Shown: positions 17,943 to 28,522, counted from the first letter of the stretch. The stretch: 64,000 bases of DNA from a virus (IMGVR_UViG_3300028832_000097:106978-170977); one strand, 5' to 3'. Program-made: numbers and translations. The notes: a model not told the origin generated them from the letters alone.

Positions 17943-18572
17943 TCACTGAAATGCGGGTGCAAACTTAGCAAGCTTGATTCGAAGATCAGAAATGATGCTC
18001 GCACGCTTCTCGTCAGAAATACGTTTAGCAGCAGGCTTCTCACCGATGAGTTCATCTACTATCGCAAGAGTGTTCTTATCGTCACCAACAACGTTCCAGA
18101 AATCAATACGCTCAAGATCGGACAAACAAGAATCTTCGCATACAGCTTCTAAAAAATCGAAGAGATTCATAGGACCATCAGGGCCTTCTACGATATTACT
18201 AGTTTCCTTCTCACCGCGTTCCTTTGCACTCTTTATATCATGGCAGATACAATACAGGCAGTTATAACTAACTCGGTAGATGTAAGCAGCTGTATATTTC
18301 TTCGGATCCTTTTCAAGAACTGCAACATTCTTCTGGAGATACTGCAATACAGTAGAAACACCATCCTCATCAGTAGAATATCTCAAGAAAGTATCCTGCT
18401 TGTACCATGCGTAGATAATCTGATCAAAAAACTGCACAAATAAAGCCGCCGCCTTATCTTCAGCAGGGAGTGCATTCCATGCGTTGTAAGACAGCGGATC
18501 TGTATATCCAAGATAGTTTATAAACAATGAACGAGTTTCATAAAAAGGTGTTTTTACAGTTGAATTAGACAT
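17943..18572 (-). CDS. Phage sigma-factor-like protein 1
   Basis: Region-2-like EDGVSTVLQYLQKN...DPKKYTAAYIYRVSYN; C-terminal helix resembling the end of region 4. Confidence 0.6.
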   Translation of the reverse strand: MSNSTVKTPFYETRSLFINYLGYTDPLSYNAWNALPAEDKAAALFVQFFDQIIYAWYKQDTFLRYSTDEDGVSTVLQYLQKNVAVLEKDPKKYTAAYIYRVSYNCLYCICHDIKSAKERGEKETSNIVEGPDGPMNLFDFLEAVCEDSCLSDLERIDFWNVVGDDKNTLAIVDELIGEKPAAKRISDEKRASIISDLRIKLAKFAPAFQ

Positions 18573-18691
18573 TGATTTAATCTCCTAACTTAAATGATGT
18601 TTGATGTGCTGATAAGTATTGATGTTAGCCTCATCCTACAATTATATTATAGACGTTTATTGCAAAATTAAAAGACAAAATTTTGGTTTAT

Positions 18692-18925
18692 TTAAAATTC
18701 TTTGTGTGGAATCCGAACAACTAACTCATCCACACCTAATGCATCTAAGTACGCTACTAACGTATTCATTCGAGGATACTGTTTACCTTGTTCCACCATA
18801 CTGATAGTAGAAATACTTACACCGGAAAGGTTTTCAACTTCAAGTATTTTTAACCCCTTAGATGTTCGCAACTTACGCAACTCTGAACCTAACTCTGATG
18901 CACTAGAAATTGTAACTCGGTTCAT
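18692..18925 (-). CDS. XRE-family HTH regulator
   Basis: LRKLRTSKGL...SGVSISTISMVEQGKQYP. Confidence 0.9.
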   Translation of the reverse strand: MNRVTISSASELGSELRKLRTSKGLKILEVENLSGVSISTISMVEQGKQYPRMNTLVAYLDALGVDELVVRIPHKEF

Positions 18926-19152
18926 TTCTTCTTACCCTCCTTCAGTATCTGATATATTTTCCAAATGTTTAACAATAAACAAGCCCCATTCAGCAACCAT
19001 ACACTGAATGCACCAATGATTAGTCCATATATTACAAACAATATTGATCCTATAGAATTATAAATGCGGATCTTCAACTCACCTTTGTTTAGAAATCCTA
19101 TGAATATTACACATGTTGCAGAAATACCTATTACTTCAATCCAACTCATCAT
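18922..19152 (-). CDS. Small three-TM membrane protein (YgjV-like)
   Basis: IRIYNSIGSILFVIYGLIIGAFSVWLLN pattern. Confidence 0.65.
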   Translation of the reverse strand: MMSWIEVIGISATCVIFIGFLNKGELKIRIYNSIGSILFVIYGLIIGAFSVWLLNGACLLLNIWKIYQILKEGKKK

Positions 19153-20142
19153 TCAGTCCCTCTCTGCGTATAGCGTATCAAATTCTTGCTTAGTTATATC
19201 ATTCACGTCCTTACCATCAAACATATGCATAGCCCATACTATTGCAGCAGAGCTGAGGGCTTTTTTAAGTTTAGCCGTTGCACGTCTGCCAGCTTCATCT
19301 CCATCCATACAGAGCACAAACTCTTGAACACCTAGTTCTTTAAGTTGTTGCATCTGATAAGATGTACCTGTACCTAACAATGCAACTGCGTAATATCCAA
19401 ATGTTCTGCAGGTAAGTGCATTTATGATACTTTCACATATAACAACTGATCTACACCCTGAAGGTATTCTATCTACACCATACACAGGTTTCTGCGCACC
19501 TGACGGTACATGATAGAGCTTAGTTGCAATTGCTCTACGAATAATACATAACGTCCTACCATATTTATCATGTACAGGAAATGTGATGCAAGGGACAGGC
19601 TTCTTTCGACCTTCTGGAATCCAATTTGCATCATACCCTACATCATACTCCGCAATCACTTCATCTGTTAAATGACGTTCATACATGTAAGGTACAGTAA
19701 ATCTATACTTAGCGAGTTCTTCTTCTGAAACATATTGTGTTGTTTGGTTGAGTTGCTCTAATATATTATTTACCGCAAGTTTGCTGGCTATGGCATCAGA
19801 TAGTCCCTGTGGAATCAGTCTCTCTATTTCATCTGGTTGATATCCTGGAACATTCTCCGCAAGCCATTCGCTAGCAGATGTTGTGATGCTATGAGTTTTA
19901 AGCATCTCAGCAACAGCCTGTTCCATTGTATATGCACAACTGCACGAAAAACAATGCCACAACCCGGCAGGATACTGTTGGCCATTTCTATATTCAGAAT
20001 TAAGTAACACGCCGCAAGAAGGTTTTCGCTCTTGACCCCCATTATGAAATGGGCAATATACACTTAAGTAATTCCCAATTCTTCGATTCTTTCGGACTAA
20101 TCCGAATTCAGATAGTTTATCTACAATAAGTTCAACATCCAT
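19153..20142 (-). CDS. dnaG: DNA primase (CHC2 zinc finger plus TOPRIM)
   Basis: CPFH...HCFSC; ICES...; MDGDEAG; GKDVND. Confidence 0.9.
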   Translation of the reverse strand: MDVELIVDKLSEFGLVRKNRRIGNYLSVYCPFHNGGQERKPSCGVLLNSEYRNGQQYPAGLWHCFSCSCAYTMEQAVAEMLKTHSITTSASEWLAENVPGYQPDEIERLIPQGLSDAIASKLAVNNILEQLNQTTQYVSEEELAKYRFTVPYMYERHLTDEVIAEYDVGYDANWIPEGRKKPVPCITFPVHDKYGRTLCIIRRAIATKLYHVPSGAQKPVYGVDRIPSGCRSVVICESIINALTCRTFGYYAVALLGTGTSYQMQQLKELGVQEFVLCMDGDEAGRRATAKLKKALSSAAIVWAMHMFDGKDVNDITKQEFDTLYAERD

Positions 20143-20995
20143 GTGAATCTTCCTCGGTTACGTATTCAAACATGAGCCCTTTGCGACATCTGTTCAGCTG
20201 TATAGATTCTTTCACAGATTCAAAGTCCATGTTGTAAGTTCGTGCAGCTTCTGAAATGCTTCTGTAAGTTTTCCCGTCAGTAATACACCTAACAGGTTTG
20301 CCATGTTTTATCATCTCAATATTACCGCACTTTTGTGGATCCCATAGCCCCATAGCTTTTGCGTGATTCATATTCTCCTCACGAGTGACCCACTCTAAGT
20401 TAGCTACACTGTTATTTAATTTATCTCCATCAATGTGATTAACTTGCGGTTTATTTTCAGGATTCGGTATGTGCGCAGATGCTACCAGACGATGTACTGA
20501 ATGTAATTTTGAAACACCGTGAGCCGAAAGCATACAATGCACATAACCATCGTCACCCACATGTAACTTAAGCTCATTACCATAACGAGCTGCCTTGCTT
20601 TTCTCATTGTATCGAGTGCAGCTTCTAATCTTACCATCTGTAGATGCTTGATAAAATCCTTCATACCCTGGTATATCTTTCCAATCACTGTTAGTATCTT
20701 CTACAGGTAAAGTTAACGACAAGTTAGATAATGCATCAGAATCTCCTGAAATATGATAGACCTTTTGACCTGCAGAATACTCAGGAATGAAAGCATTTGC
20801 AACAATGTTACACACTCTTATAGTAGCAACCTTACCACCCTTCGATAAGTAAACCTGACCTTGATAAGGTTTTAACACATTACCTCCAATTCGTGCAACT
20901 TGCCCCTGATCATTTACTTGATACAGCCCCTCATATCCTACTACATCGTGCCAAATTGTATCATCAATAAAATTCAATAAAGACTTGGATTTCAT
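20132..20995 (-). CDS. NUMOD4/HNH homing endonuclease
   Basis: WKDIPGYEGFYQAS; HRLVA...VNHIDGDKLNNSVANLEW. Confidence 0.9.
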   Translation of the reverse strand: MKSKSLLNFIDDTIWHDVVGYEGLYQVNDQGQVARIGGNVLKPYQGQVYLSKGGKVATIRVCNIVANAFIPEYSAGQKVYHISGDSDALSNLSLTLPVEDTNSDWKDIPGYEGFYQASTDGKIRSCTRYNEKSKAARYGNELKLHVGDDGYVHCMLSAHGVSKLHSVHRLVASAHIPNPENKPQVNHIDGDKLNNSVANLEWVTREENMNHAKAMGLWDPQKCGNIEMIKHGKPVRCITDGKTYRSISEAARTYNMDFESVKESIQLNRCRKGLMFEYVTEEDSHGC

Positions 20996-21007
20996 GACAC
21001 ACCTCCA

Positions 21008-22357
21008 TCAGAATTCCACATTCTCATCATCTTCAAAGTCATCTTCTAATACTGCAGTATCATCTGAAACATGTTTAGTGATGCTTGAAGGCACTGCAAC
21101 AGTAGGGGTAACAGAGCCACCAGGGCCAGTATCACCTCCTGTAGGCAGGTACTGCATGTTACCTGTATTGATATCCCAGGCATAACTTAAGACAGGTTTC
21201 TGGTTGTTTGCATTTCTAGATTTCTCCAATCGGATATCAAGTACATGTTTATCAAAGATCTGCCGTATTGTGAATACTTGCGTAGCTATACGTGCTGGAT
21301 GGTCGCTTCCTTCGACGTTGTAGATAGTCGGGAAGGGGTCACCTTTGTCATCCTTGCATTCTTTAGTCTCTCTATTCGCCTGCATAGCCACAACAACGGC
21401 ACACCCAAACTGTTTACTCAACCTAAACAGATCTGTACATAGGTTCTTGTATTTCATGTAATCAGTATCTGACCGATGTGTATCAGTCATGTAAGAAAGA
21501 CCATCGATGATTAATAATCGTATATGGTGTCGCCTAACAAGCGATTCAAGTCCTCTGACGTTTACTACACCCTCTGAAGTATTCTTATCTTCAAGTACTA
21601 ATGCGCTAGTTTCTTCCTGGCTCAATTTATCCAAATACTTCATGTATTCTGTAGTGTATTTACCTTGGAAGAGCTGATTGTTTTGAAAATGTTGCCTCCA
21701 AGTGTCAAATCTTGTGCCTAAGAAAGAAGCTTGCATCTCAGGAGAATAATACAAGACCGGGAATCCATTCTTCTGTGCAGATTCCATCATCTTTGTTAGC
21801 AACCAACTCTTACCATTGTTGGTGCGGGCTACTACTAATGCAAGTTCTTCTACGGTAGATAATCCACCATACATCAGTTTATCTATTTCTGCAAATCCTG
21901 TAGGTATTCGTTCTTGTTTACTAAAATCTACAACCTGCTGTGCTCTTTCATGCGCTTCTTTTACAATATCTAGTGGATGTGTTTCATCTAGTTGTGAAGC
22001 TAAATCACATTGATTTTGCAAGTATTCCCAAGCAATACTAACATCTCCCGAACCTAAATCTTTCAATTTATTGAATGTTTCAAGCAAAAGTATATGTTGC
22101 TTATTTTTTGCAATTTCTGTTTTAAGATATGCAAGCGGCTCTGAAACTTTAATGAGTGTTACATTAGGAAACTCGGCCTGGAAAGTGAATACATCTGGAA
22201 CATTTCCATATTTCTGTCGATGTTCCAATATGAAATGTATTTGATCTTTAAATACAGAATAATATGATTCATCATAACTACAAAGTGAGTTGATTTCATC
22301 ATCATTATCTGAAGTTAATATTCTACATATCATCTGAAGTTCAATAGAGGTGATCAC
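21008..22357 (-). CDS. dnaB: DnaB-like replicative helicase
   Basis: IPTGFAEID, ARTNNGKS, YSPEM, IIDG, MQANR, LEKSRN. Confidence 0.9.
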   Translation of the reverse strand: MITSIELQMICRILTSDNDDEINSLCSYDESYYSVFKDQIHFILEHRQKYGNVPDVFTFQAEFPNVTLIKVSEPLAYLKTEIAKNKQHILLLETFNKLKDLGSGDVSIAWEYLQNQCDLASQLDETHPLDIVKEAHERAQQVVDFSKQERIPTGFAEIDKLMYGGLSTVEELALVVARTNNGKSWLLTKMMESAQKNGFPVLYYSPEMQASFLGTRFDTWRQHFQNNQLFQGKYTTEYMKYLDKLSQEETSALVLEDKNTSEGVVNVRGLESLVRRHHIRLLIIDGLSYMTDTHRSDTDYMKYKNLCTDLFRLSKQFGCAVVVAMQANRETKECKDDKGDPFPTIYNVEGSDHPARIATQVFTIRQIFDKHVLDIRLEKSRNANNQKPVLSYAWDINTGNMQYLPTGGDTGPGGSVTPTVAVPSSITKHVSDDTAVLEDDFEDDENVEF

Positions 22358-23013
22358 TTGTTACCTCCTAACTGTGCGTCAGATAGATGTATAACTTTTG
22401 CACCTTCAGATTTAAGTAACCAATTAGATTTCAAAGTTGCAAAAAATGGATTGTTAAATTTAGTGGACATTAACTTCCGAGGTTCTGGAGATACTAGTAT
22501 AGTAGTTAATCCGGAACTTGAGCGTGCTTGTATAAGATTAAGCAATGTCTGAGATTCAAATTCTTTGAAATCTACATAGTCGAAATTAGATACTATTAGA
22601 ACCTTACAGCTCTGTGACCATATTCGCATATATTCCAACTGTTCAGGCTCCGATTTTAACGACCAACTCTTTCGAAGCTCATCTAAGTATGTAGAATACT
22701 TCAGATTATAGACTGTACAGTGCAAATTACTTCCTTTCCAATTTTCGCAGACAGCAACATACGCAAGTAAATCAGAAGCACGTATAGTATCAACAGTAGC
22801 TGTATCAACAACTAACCCATATGTTTGACCATCTGCAATGCTAAGCACATTGTGCATTTTCTGTATATCTGAAGATGAACTATTCAGAACAGGATTTTTC
22901 ATTGTAATGCCATTGCGTTCAAGTAAATAAGAAACCTGTGCAAGTATTGGGCACGAACCGTCACAGAAGTTTTCAAGGCAATGTGATGTAAATATACAAT
23001 TATACATTATCAA
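22354..23013 (-). CDS. DnaC/IstB-like helicase loader with degenerate ATPase motifs
   Basis: KVLIVSNFD...LLNLIQARxxxGLTTILVS resembles the DnaC C-terminal half; directly upstream of the helicase. Confidence 0.6.
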   Translation of the reverse strand: MIMYNCIFTSHCLENFCDGSCPILAQVSYLLERNGITMKNPVLNSSSSDIQKMHNVLSIADGQTYGLVVDTATVDTIRASDLLAYVAVCENWKGSNLHCTVYNLKYSTYLDELRKSWSLKSEPEQLEYMRIWSQSCKVLIVSNFDYVDFKEFESQTLLNLIQARSSSGLTTILVSPEPRKLMSTKFNNPFFATLKSNWLLKSEGAKVIHLSDAQLGGNK

Positions 23014-24157
23014 GCCTCCTTAACACAGGATTTCTACTCCGCTTAAATGCTACTCTAGAATTAACACAGTTTATGGCAAGTTTCAGCGGATCCTTGTATC
23101 CTAATTCAGCATACATTTCAGGAGTAGTAAATAATGTCAAGAAAGGTTGTAGCTCACCAAACAATGGATAATTATGCTCAACACCACGCAGATCTCGCTC
23201 TAACAAGTAACGTCTAACAACATACTCTTTTACAAAGTCACGTGTATAAGGCAGGTTCTTAGATTCAGGAAGTGTATTCCAATACTGGGAGATCTTATGT
23301 AGCTCGCCATCTATCTCAATATTTGTATAGAAGCTAACTAATTCATTATCAACAAGTCTAGTCAATTTGTATATGTGTGGATACTTAATGATGTTATCCA
23401 TGACTTGTTTTCGTGTAAATCCTTTTATAGGAATTATCAATCCTAACACAGGATGGTTTTCTAATCCAGGATAATCTAGATACATAGTATCACCACGAGT
23501 ATGTATAGTGCGTGTTGGGAACAGGCGCATAAGGTCACTATTTGTCATCTTATTTACATCTGTTGTAACTGATATTTCATTCTGTTTTGTTGGAATTACA
23601 GGTAATGATTCATAAACAACATATGAAGTATCTCCAATCATGTTACATGCATACGCAGAATTAACATTTAACTGAGGAACAACCGGCGGTTGTAAATATA
23701 GATCTTCTTTTGGCGTATCTGCAGAATAACTAGAAACAATATTTACTGCGGACATAACAGACGGAGTAGGTGTTACTTCAGTAGCAGAAGCTGGAGAATG
23801 CAATATAGGTGATGCATTTGCTACTTGCTTCTCAATATTATCTAATGACCAATTTATTGCAGTAGAATCAACGTACATTGATTGAGCTAATAAGAATGGA
23901 CGTATCTCCATATCATCTAATGCATCAGCTATGTTAGGTTCTGTGTTTTCTATATAGGCGAAATCTTCATCATTCATCAGCTTATATGATGCAGTATTCA
24001 TGAAACGAATTATATCTTTAAGATACTTAGATGTGCCACAACCCCTGCGAATAACATATGTTATAACATTCGAATGTATTGTAGATAGTTTACCCTTTAA
24101 GTTTGAAGGATAATTTAAATATTCAGGTATCTGAGAAAATCTAGTTATTCTACCCAT
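23000..24157 (-). CDS. Hypothetical protein in replication operon
   Basis: 385-aa ORF; no motif recognised. Confidence 0.7.
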   Translation of the reverse strand: MGRITRFSQIPEYLNYPSNLKGKLSTIHSNVITYVIRRGCGTSKYLKDIIRFMNTASYKLMNDEDFAYIENTEPNIADALDDMEIRPFLLAQSMYVDSTAINWSLDNIEKQVANASPILHSPASATEVTPTPSVMSAVNIVSSYSADTPKEDLYLQPPVVPQLNVNSAYACNMIGDTSYVVYESLPVIPTKQNEISVTTDVNKMTNSDLMRLFPTRTIHTRGDTMYLDYPGLENHPVLGLIIPIKGFTRKQVMDNIIKYPHIYKLTRLVDNELVSFYTNIEIDGELHKISQYWNTLPESKNLPYTRDFVKEYVVRRYLLERDLRGVEHNYPLFGELQPFLTLFTTPEMYAELGYKDPLKLAINCVNSRVAFKRSRNPVLRRLDNV

Positions 24158-24158
24158 A

Positions 24159-25025
24159 TTATCCTCCTATCAGCTTATATCTACGTAATAACGATTCATC
24201 GTCACCGCAGTAAGTATAATCTTCTACAATATCAGGACAATAGGCTAAGAATTTGTCTTTAACTAAGTAGGGGGACAATACCACACCATTCAATTCCGAA
24301 CAATCTAGCGCAGAATACCCGCTATCTAGTAACAAATCATACAACCCTAACCCACTGAAAGTTACATAATCTTTAGTCATGTTCCGAGAAATTCTGTGTA
24401 TACTATAAGGTACTGCATACGTAGTAGTTATAACACCGGAACCTACGTTATCACACCATCTATTAAATTGTTCAATCTCAGAAAAATCTGAAACACTCAA
24501 ACAATATCCATAAAGTATTATAATATCAACTATCCATTGTGGGATCATTTCAATTCGATACTTAAAATTCTTATCAAAATTAAGAGAAAGATAGAACCTA
24601 CAATTGAACCACTTATCAATTAATTTTGCACACTGTGTAACATGCGAATATTCTATAGGTCTATTTGCAACTTCACGCAACACTGTCTTATATTTCAGAA
24701 TAATATTGCGTTTTGCACTCATACTAGCAGAACGATCTATGAATGTATTCAATTGAGTAACATGGCTCATTGTAGAAGATATATCATTATTTATAGAAAT
24801 AGCTTCGTCGTTCAGCTCGCCTAAGTTTTCGCCAAATTCGGTATCCTGCTTGAGTAAGTTATCTGCAAGTATTTGAGATATCAGTTCTACAGAATGACAC
24901 AACTGTGTGTTTAAATCACCTAGTCGAGTTCGAGTTTTAGCATACAGTTTTTTATCACTTTTAGAAAGTTCTTCCAGATACTGCACTACTTTTTCCATGT
25001 GAGATTCAATGCTATTTAATTCCAC
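24159..25025 (-). CDS. Hypothetical protein with N-terminal coiled coil
   Basis: ORF with GGAGG upstream and AATCGTTA at 25059. Confidence 0.7.
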   Translation of the reverse strand: MELNSIESHMEKVVQYLEELSKSDKKLYAKTRTRLGDLNTQLCHSVELISQILADNLLKQDTEFGENLGELNDEAISINNDISSTMSHVTQLNTFIDRSASMSAKRNIILKYKTVLREVANRPIEYSHVTQCAKLIDKWFNCRFYLSLNFDKNFKYRIEMIPQWIVDIIILYGYCLSVSDFSEIEQFNRWCDNVGSGVITTTYAVPYSIHRISRNMTKDYVTFSGLGLYDLLLDSGYSALDCSELNGVVLSPYLVKDKFLAYCPDIVEDYTYCGDDESLLRRYKLIGG

Positions 25026-25080
25026 CTAACTCTCACCTCCACTTTATACACAACACATTAACGATTTTCCAAAAATTAAA

Positions 25081-25180
25081 TTAGCGAGTGTGGCACTGAC
25101 ACCTGTTGCGGATAATAATCACTCTACTTCGTGGCGCGGTACACGAAGCAGGCAACAGGCATCAGTGCCGCACTCGCTAA
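25081..25180 (-). ncRNA. Putative 100-nt structured RNA or long hairpin
   Basis: 29-bp closing stem (2 G-U, 1 mismatch on minus strand) plus inner CTGCTTCGTG/CACGAAGTAG hairpin; AACCTT at 25225-25230 upstream, U-rich tail downstream. Confidence 0.55.
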
Positions 25181-25372
25181 CGCCGTCTGTGTATCTGATT
25201 GTATTATAAGTTGTATTCAAAATCAAGGTTGAGTTTATGCAAAATATCAAAGTTGTCAATGCGGCGCGCTGCAGTAGAATCAATACGCATTAAAAATATT
25301 TTATAAAGAATAAAGACAAATTATGATAAATTTAATTAATTTTACTCTATTTTACTTATATATAATGTTCGC

Positions 25373-25428
25373 AAAACCCGTGAAATCGCCACTTTTTGCG
25401 ACCAAAAACCCGTGAAATCGCCACTTTT
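25373..25428. repeat. Two exact 24-bp direct repeats (AAAACCCGTGAAATCGCCACTTTT), iteron-like, in the candidate origin
   Basis: Copies at 25373-25396 and 25405-25428 (32-bp period), next to a very AT-rich tract at ~25290-25367. Confidence 0.8.
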
Positions 25429-25624
25429 GTATCAGATATTAAATTTATTTTAGATTCATGCAATTTCTATGAATTTTTATCAAATTCACACCTGTCTGCA
25501 GCTCAAAATTGGAGAATTCTGATCAATATTCAAAAATCTACAAATTCTTACTAAATTGATACTTGATTTTATTTGACACTTTATTATAATAAAATTGTAG
25601 TTTTCATTTTTTAAGGTAACATAC

Positions 25625-26161
25625 ATGAACGAAATCTGGAAACCTATACCTGAATTTCAGGGATATGAAGCATCAAACTTAGGGCGTATTCGTCGTTCAG
25701 AATACGTTGCATATTTTCCTGATGGTTCATCTAAAACAGTATCTCCAGAAATTTTATCTAACCACATCAATTCAGGTACAGTAGTAACTAACTTTTTAGG
25801 AAACACATACCATACCCACAGATTAGTGGCTAGTGCGTTTTATGGCAATATTTCACGAAAGCACATTCGATTCATAGACGGTGATAGATTAAATGTTAAG
25901 TTATCTAACTTAAGGTGTTGCACACCGTCTGAATCAGTTAAAGAAGATATTGCAGAAGGTGTACGTAAAAATCCACCCGTTTATCGTGGCGTTAAGGTAG
26001 TGTGTAACGAAACTGGAAAGATATATAGATCAATCAAGAACCTTTCAGAATCATTAAGTATGCCACGATCTTCGGTAAGAAGATACATATATAACAAAAA
26101 ACCTATACAAGGATTTACATATTCTATATATTCAGGCGGAGGTGACAGTGATGCCGAGTAA
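25625..26161 (+). CDS. NUMOD4/HNH endonuclease-like protein
   Basis: EIWKPIPEFQGYEASNLGRIR; HRLVASAF; first HNH His appears replaced (RFIDGD). Confidence 0.8.
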   Translation: MNEIWKPIPEFQGYEASNLGRIRRSEYVAYFPDGSSKTVSPEILSNHINSGTVVTNFLGNTYHTHRLVASAFYGNISRKHIRFIDGDRLNVKLSNLRCCTPSESVKEDIAEGVRKNPPVYRGVKVVCNETGKIYRSIKNLSESLSMPRSSVRRYIYNKKPIQGFTYSIYSGGGDSDAE

Positions 26162-26903
26162 TGAATACATTAAGAGACGTACTCAAGAAATATATGATTC
26201 TATGCCGCAGGATAAAGAGCTTAGAAAGAAGTGTTTCAAAGAGCGCGATGAACTTGTAGAACTTAATTATTCATTTTTTGGTTATATTGCTGCACATAAG
26301 TTTGTTAATAATTCTTATATAACATATGAAGATAAATTGCAAGCTGCTTTACTTCATTTTTGCGAGATATTTTGGTGGTACAAGTGGAAAGGTGATGAAA
26401 CTCATAAAGCATATCGAGACGATTTAGCATTTACAGTGTTTTTCAAACCTCGTATCACAGAAATGATGGAACGAGATTTTGATGAGGTTAAGTATTCATT
26501 ACGTCGTCAGTTATGTATGGAAGCTGCAAACCAATTAGGCATACACTGGGCACAGCTTAAGTATGAAGATCTTGCAAAAGTTAAGTTACCTGAAGATAAG
26601 ATGATTGCTCTTAGGGCAATATTTGGTACACTTTACACTGCGGATTTTGAAGAACATGAGATGTTTATTGCAGCACCAGAAGAAACTGTTAGCCCATTTG
26701 ACGATCCATCAGAAGAATACAATTCCATAGAAGAGTTACTTATCCATGATATGATTGTATATGAAGAGCCATTGACAGATTCTAAGTTACGCAAAATGTC
26801 TGAAATATATGGGATAGATTTTCATATTTTAAAAGAAAAATTACCTGCGGCAGAAAGAATACTGAAACAACGACTGGAAGACGCAATCGCAGATCAATAT
26901 TAA
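26151..26903 (+). CDS. Phage sigma-factor-like protein 2
   Basis: RDELVELNYSFFGYIA...YEDKLQAALL...FTVFFKPRI resembles sigma70 region 2; C-terminal HTH-like segment. Confidence 0.65.
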   Translation: MPSNEYIKRRTQEIYDSMPQDKELRKKCFKERDELVELNYSFFGYIAAHKFVNNSYITYEDKLQAALLHFCEIFWWYKWKGDETHKAYRDDLAFTVFFKPRITEMMERDFDEVKYSLRRQLCMEAANQLGIHWAQLKYEDLAKVKLPEDKMIALRAIFGTLYTADFEEHEMFIAAPEETVSPFDDPSEEYNSIEELLIHDMIVYEEPLTDSKLRKMSEIYGIDFHILKEKLPAAERILKQRLEDAIADQY

Positions 26904-26939
26904 AGGCGCACATTTCTGCACGCCTTATTTTTTTTGTTT
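26903..26939 (+). terminator. Intrinsic terminator between convergent genes
   Basis: AAGGCG..CGCCTT hairpin followed by a T-run. Confidence 0.6.
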
Positions 26940-26953
26940 GGATATCGAAATTA

Positions 26954-27928
26954 CTAGAATTTATCTGCAACTTTCAGGAACTGTAAAGCTTTACTGGTGT
27001 TACTGCTATCTCCGGCAAATCCGGGAATTGTCCTCATTCGTTTATTTAAGTCATATGCATTTGTAAGATTATTGAAATAATGGGAATCAAAATCTGCAAG
27101 TGCATTGAATACTTGCCATTTAGTACCTTTGTAGTTCTGTAAGTTATCAGCTTCCATGCACTGATTCATAAATGTTTCTCGTAAAATAGAAACTTTATCA
27201 TTACTCTTTGTAGGCAGTATCTGACCATCCACTACTTCAAAAGGAAATATGAAATCAAGAAGGTTGATTACAAATCCGTCATCTGTCTTATCTTTAACAA
27301 GCGTTTCTGCTTTCTTATTTAGGTCAATTATACAATCACCTACATTACCTAATACTTTGTTTGCAACCTGTTCATTTATTCCTTGATCTTCTGAAACAGG
27401 AATTCGGAACTTAATGAGCGATGAACTCAATGCTGCATTAAGCGTATTCTGGCAGACCACACGAATTGGGGTATTCAGTACTGTTACCTTTCCATCAGGT
27501 TTGAGATGTTCATTCATTATAACAAAATAGTGATCTATATCGTCATCAAGGATTTTGTATTTTTCTGAAATTTTAAAACACCCAAAAACAGTTTCACCTC
27601 TACCAAGGCTTGCAACACATTCTACCGACATATCATCTTTAAGTAAATTCTCCACAGATTCGAATGTTTGCGTATTCTGAATTATGTTAGGCTGCTTAGT
27701 TTTTACTACTCCTAGAATCTTTTGGTTGTCTTCTCGATAAAGTGTCCAATAATCTGGAACTACTCCATGAAGCTCTGTGCTCATAGTTAATGCAGACACG
27801 TCCCATCCAAGTTCTGCTTCAGAAATTATTTCCCCAGAAGTTTGTGGCGGGTTAGTAGTTAAATCTTTACCAAGGGAATGCCACGGGGTTTCGTTTACAT
27901 AAATCAAACTGTCAATGTTTGCAGACAT
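26954..27928 (-). CDS. DUF932 family protein (paralog 1)
   Basis: ETPWHSLG, ELGWDV, IQN, TPIRVVCQNTL, GTKWQVFNA. Confidence 0.85.
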   Translation of the reverse strand: MSANIDSLIYVNETPWHSLGKDLTTNPPQTSGEIISEAELGWDVSALTMSTELHGVVPDYWTLYREDNQKILGVVKTKQPNIIQNTQTFESVENLLKDDMSVECVASLGRGETVFGCFKISEKYKILDDDIDHYFVIMNEHLKPDGKVTVLNTPIRVVCQNTLNAALSSSLIKFRIPVSEDQGINEQVANKVLGNVGDCIIDLNKKAETLVKDKTDDGFVINLLDFIFPFEVVDGQILPTKSNDKVSILRETFMNQCMEADNLQNYKGTKWQVFNALADFDSHYFNNLTNAYDLNKRMRTIPGFAGDSSNTSKALQFLKVADKF

Positions 27929-27952
27929 TACATAGTCCTCCTGAAATTTAAT

Positions 27953-28522
27953 TCACCACTGTAACAGAAGTTCAGACAACTTAGCGTAATCGCTTCTTGA
28001 TACTTTACCATATACAAGATCCAGTATAGTATCCGCAATTTCAGATTTATCTGAAGTGACTGTTGTGTTAATTGTGATTACAGATTCAGCGGGTTTAACA
28101 TCTGGAATTGCATTGTGCATATCCATCTTTTCATGTATGTGTTCGCCGCTAATGGGGTTAGTATACTGTATGTCGGAAATCTCACTAGATGTACACCCTA
28201 CTACAGGTTCTACTACAGATTCTACTACAGGTTCTTCATTCTTAGTAGTTTCAACGTTATTTCGAGTGCGGAGATCCCCATTGTAATACAAGGTGTTCAT
28301 CCTATTGCAAATATCGCTGATCTGCCCATATCCTAAATCGAAGATATTCATCAGCTTCTCTTTATGCAAAGGAGTTATTTTCATCTTACCATTAAACATC
28401 TTAGATACTTGTGCTGCACTCATGTCCATAAGTTCTGCGACATCTGTGACTGTGAGACCGTTGCGAATTCTAAGTTCATGCAGGGGGCTAGATGTTTTTG
28501 CAAATAAAGTACCCTTCTTCAT
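27953..28522 (-). CDS. XRE-HTH protein
   Basis: LRIRNGLTVTDVAELMDMSAAQVSKMFNG. Confidence 0.75.
   Translation of the reverse strand: MKKGTLFAKTSSPLHELRIRNGLTVTDVAELMDMSAAQVSKMFNGKMKITPLHKEKLMNIFDLGYGQISDICNRMNTLYYNGDLRTRNNVETTKNEEPVVESVVEPVVGCTSSEISDIQYTNPISGEHIHEKMDMHNAIPDVKPAESVITINTTVTSDKSEIADTILDLVYGKVSRSDYAKLSELLLQW

Noticed and set aside
20132-20995. HNH genes as group I intron-encoded ORFs
   Set aside because: Flanking genes (helicase, primase, dpdA) appear complete, with overlapping or abutting start/stop codons and no room for an intron core.
25373-25428. 24-bp direct repeats as a mini-CRISPR array
   Set aside because: Only two copies with an 8-bp spacer, too short for a CRISPR spacer.
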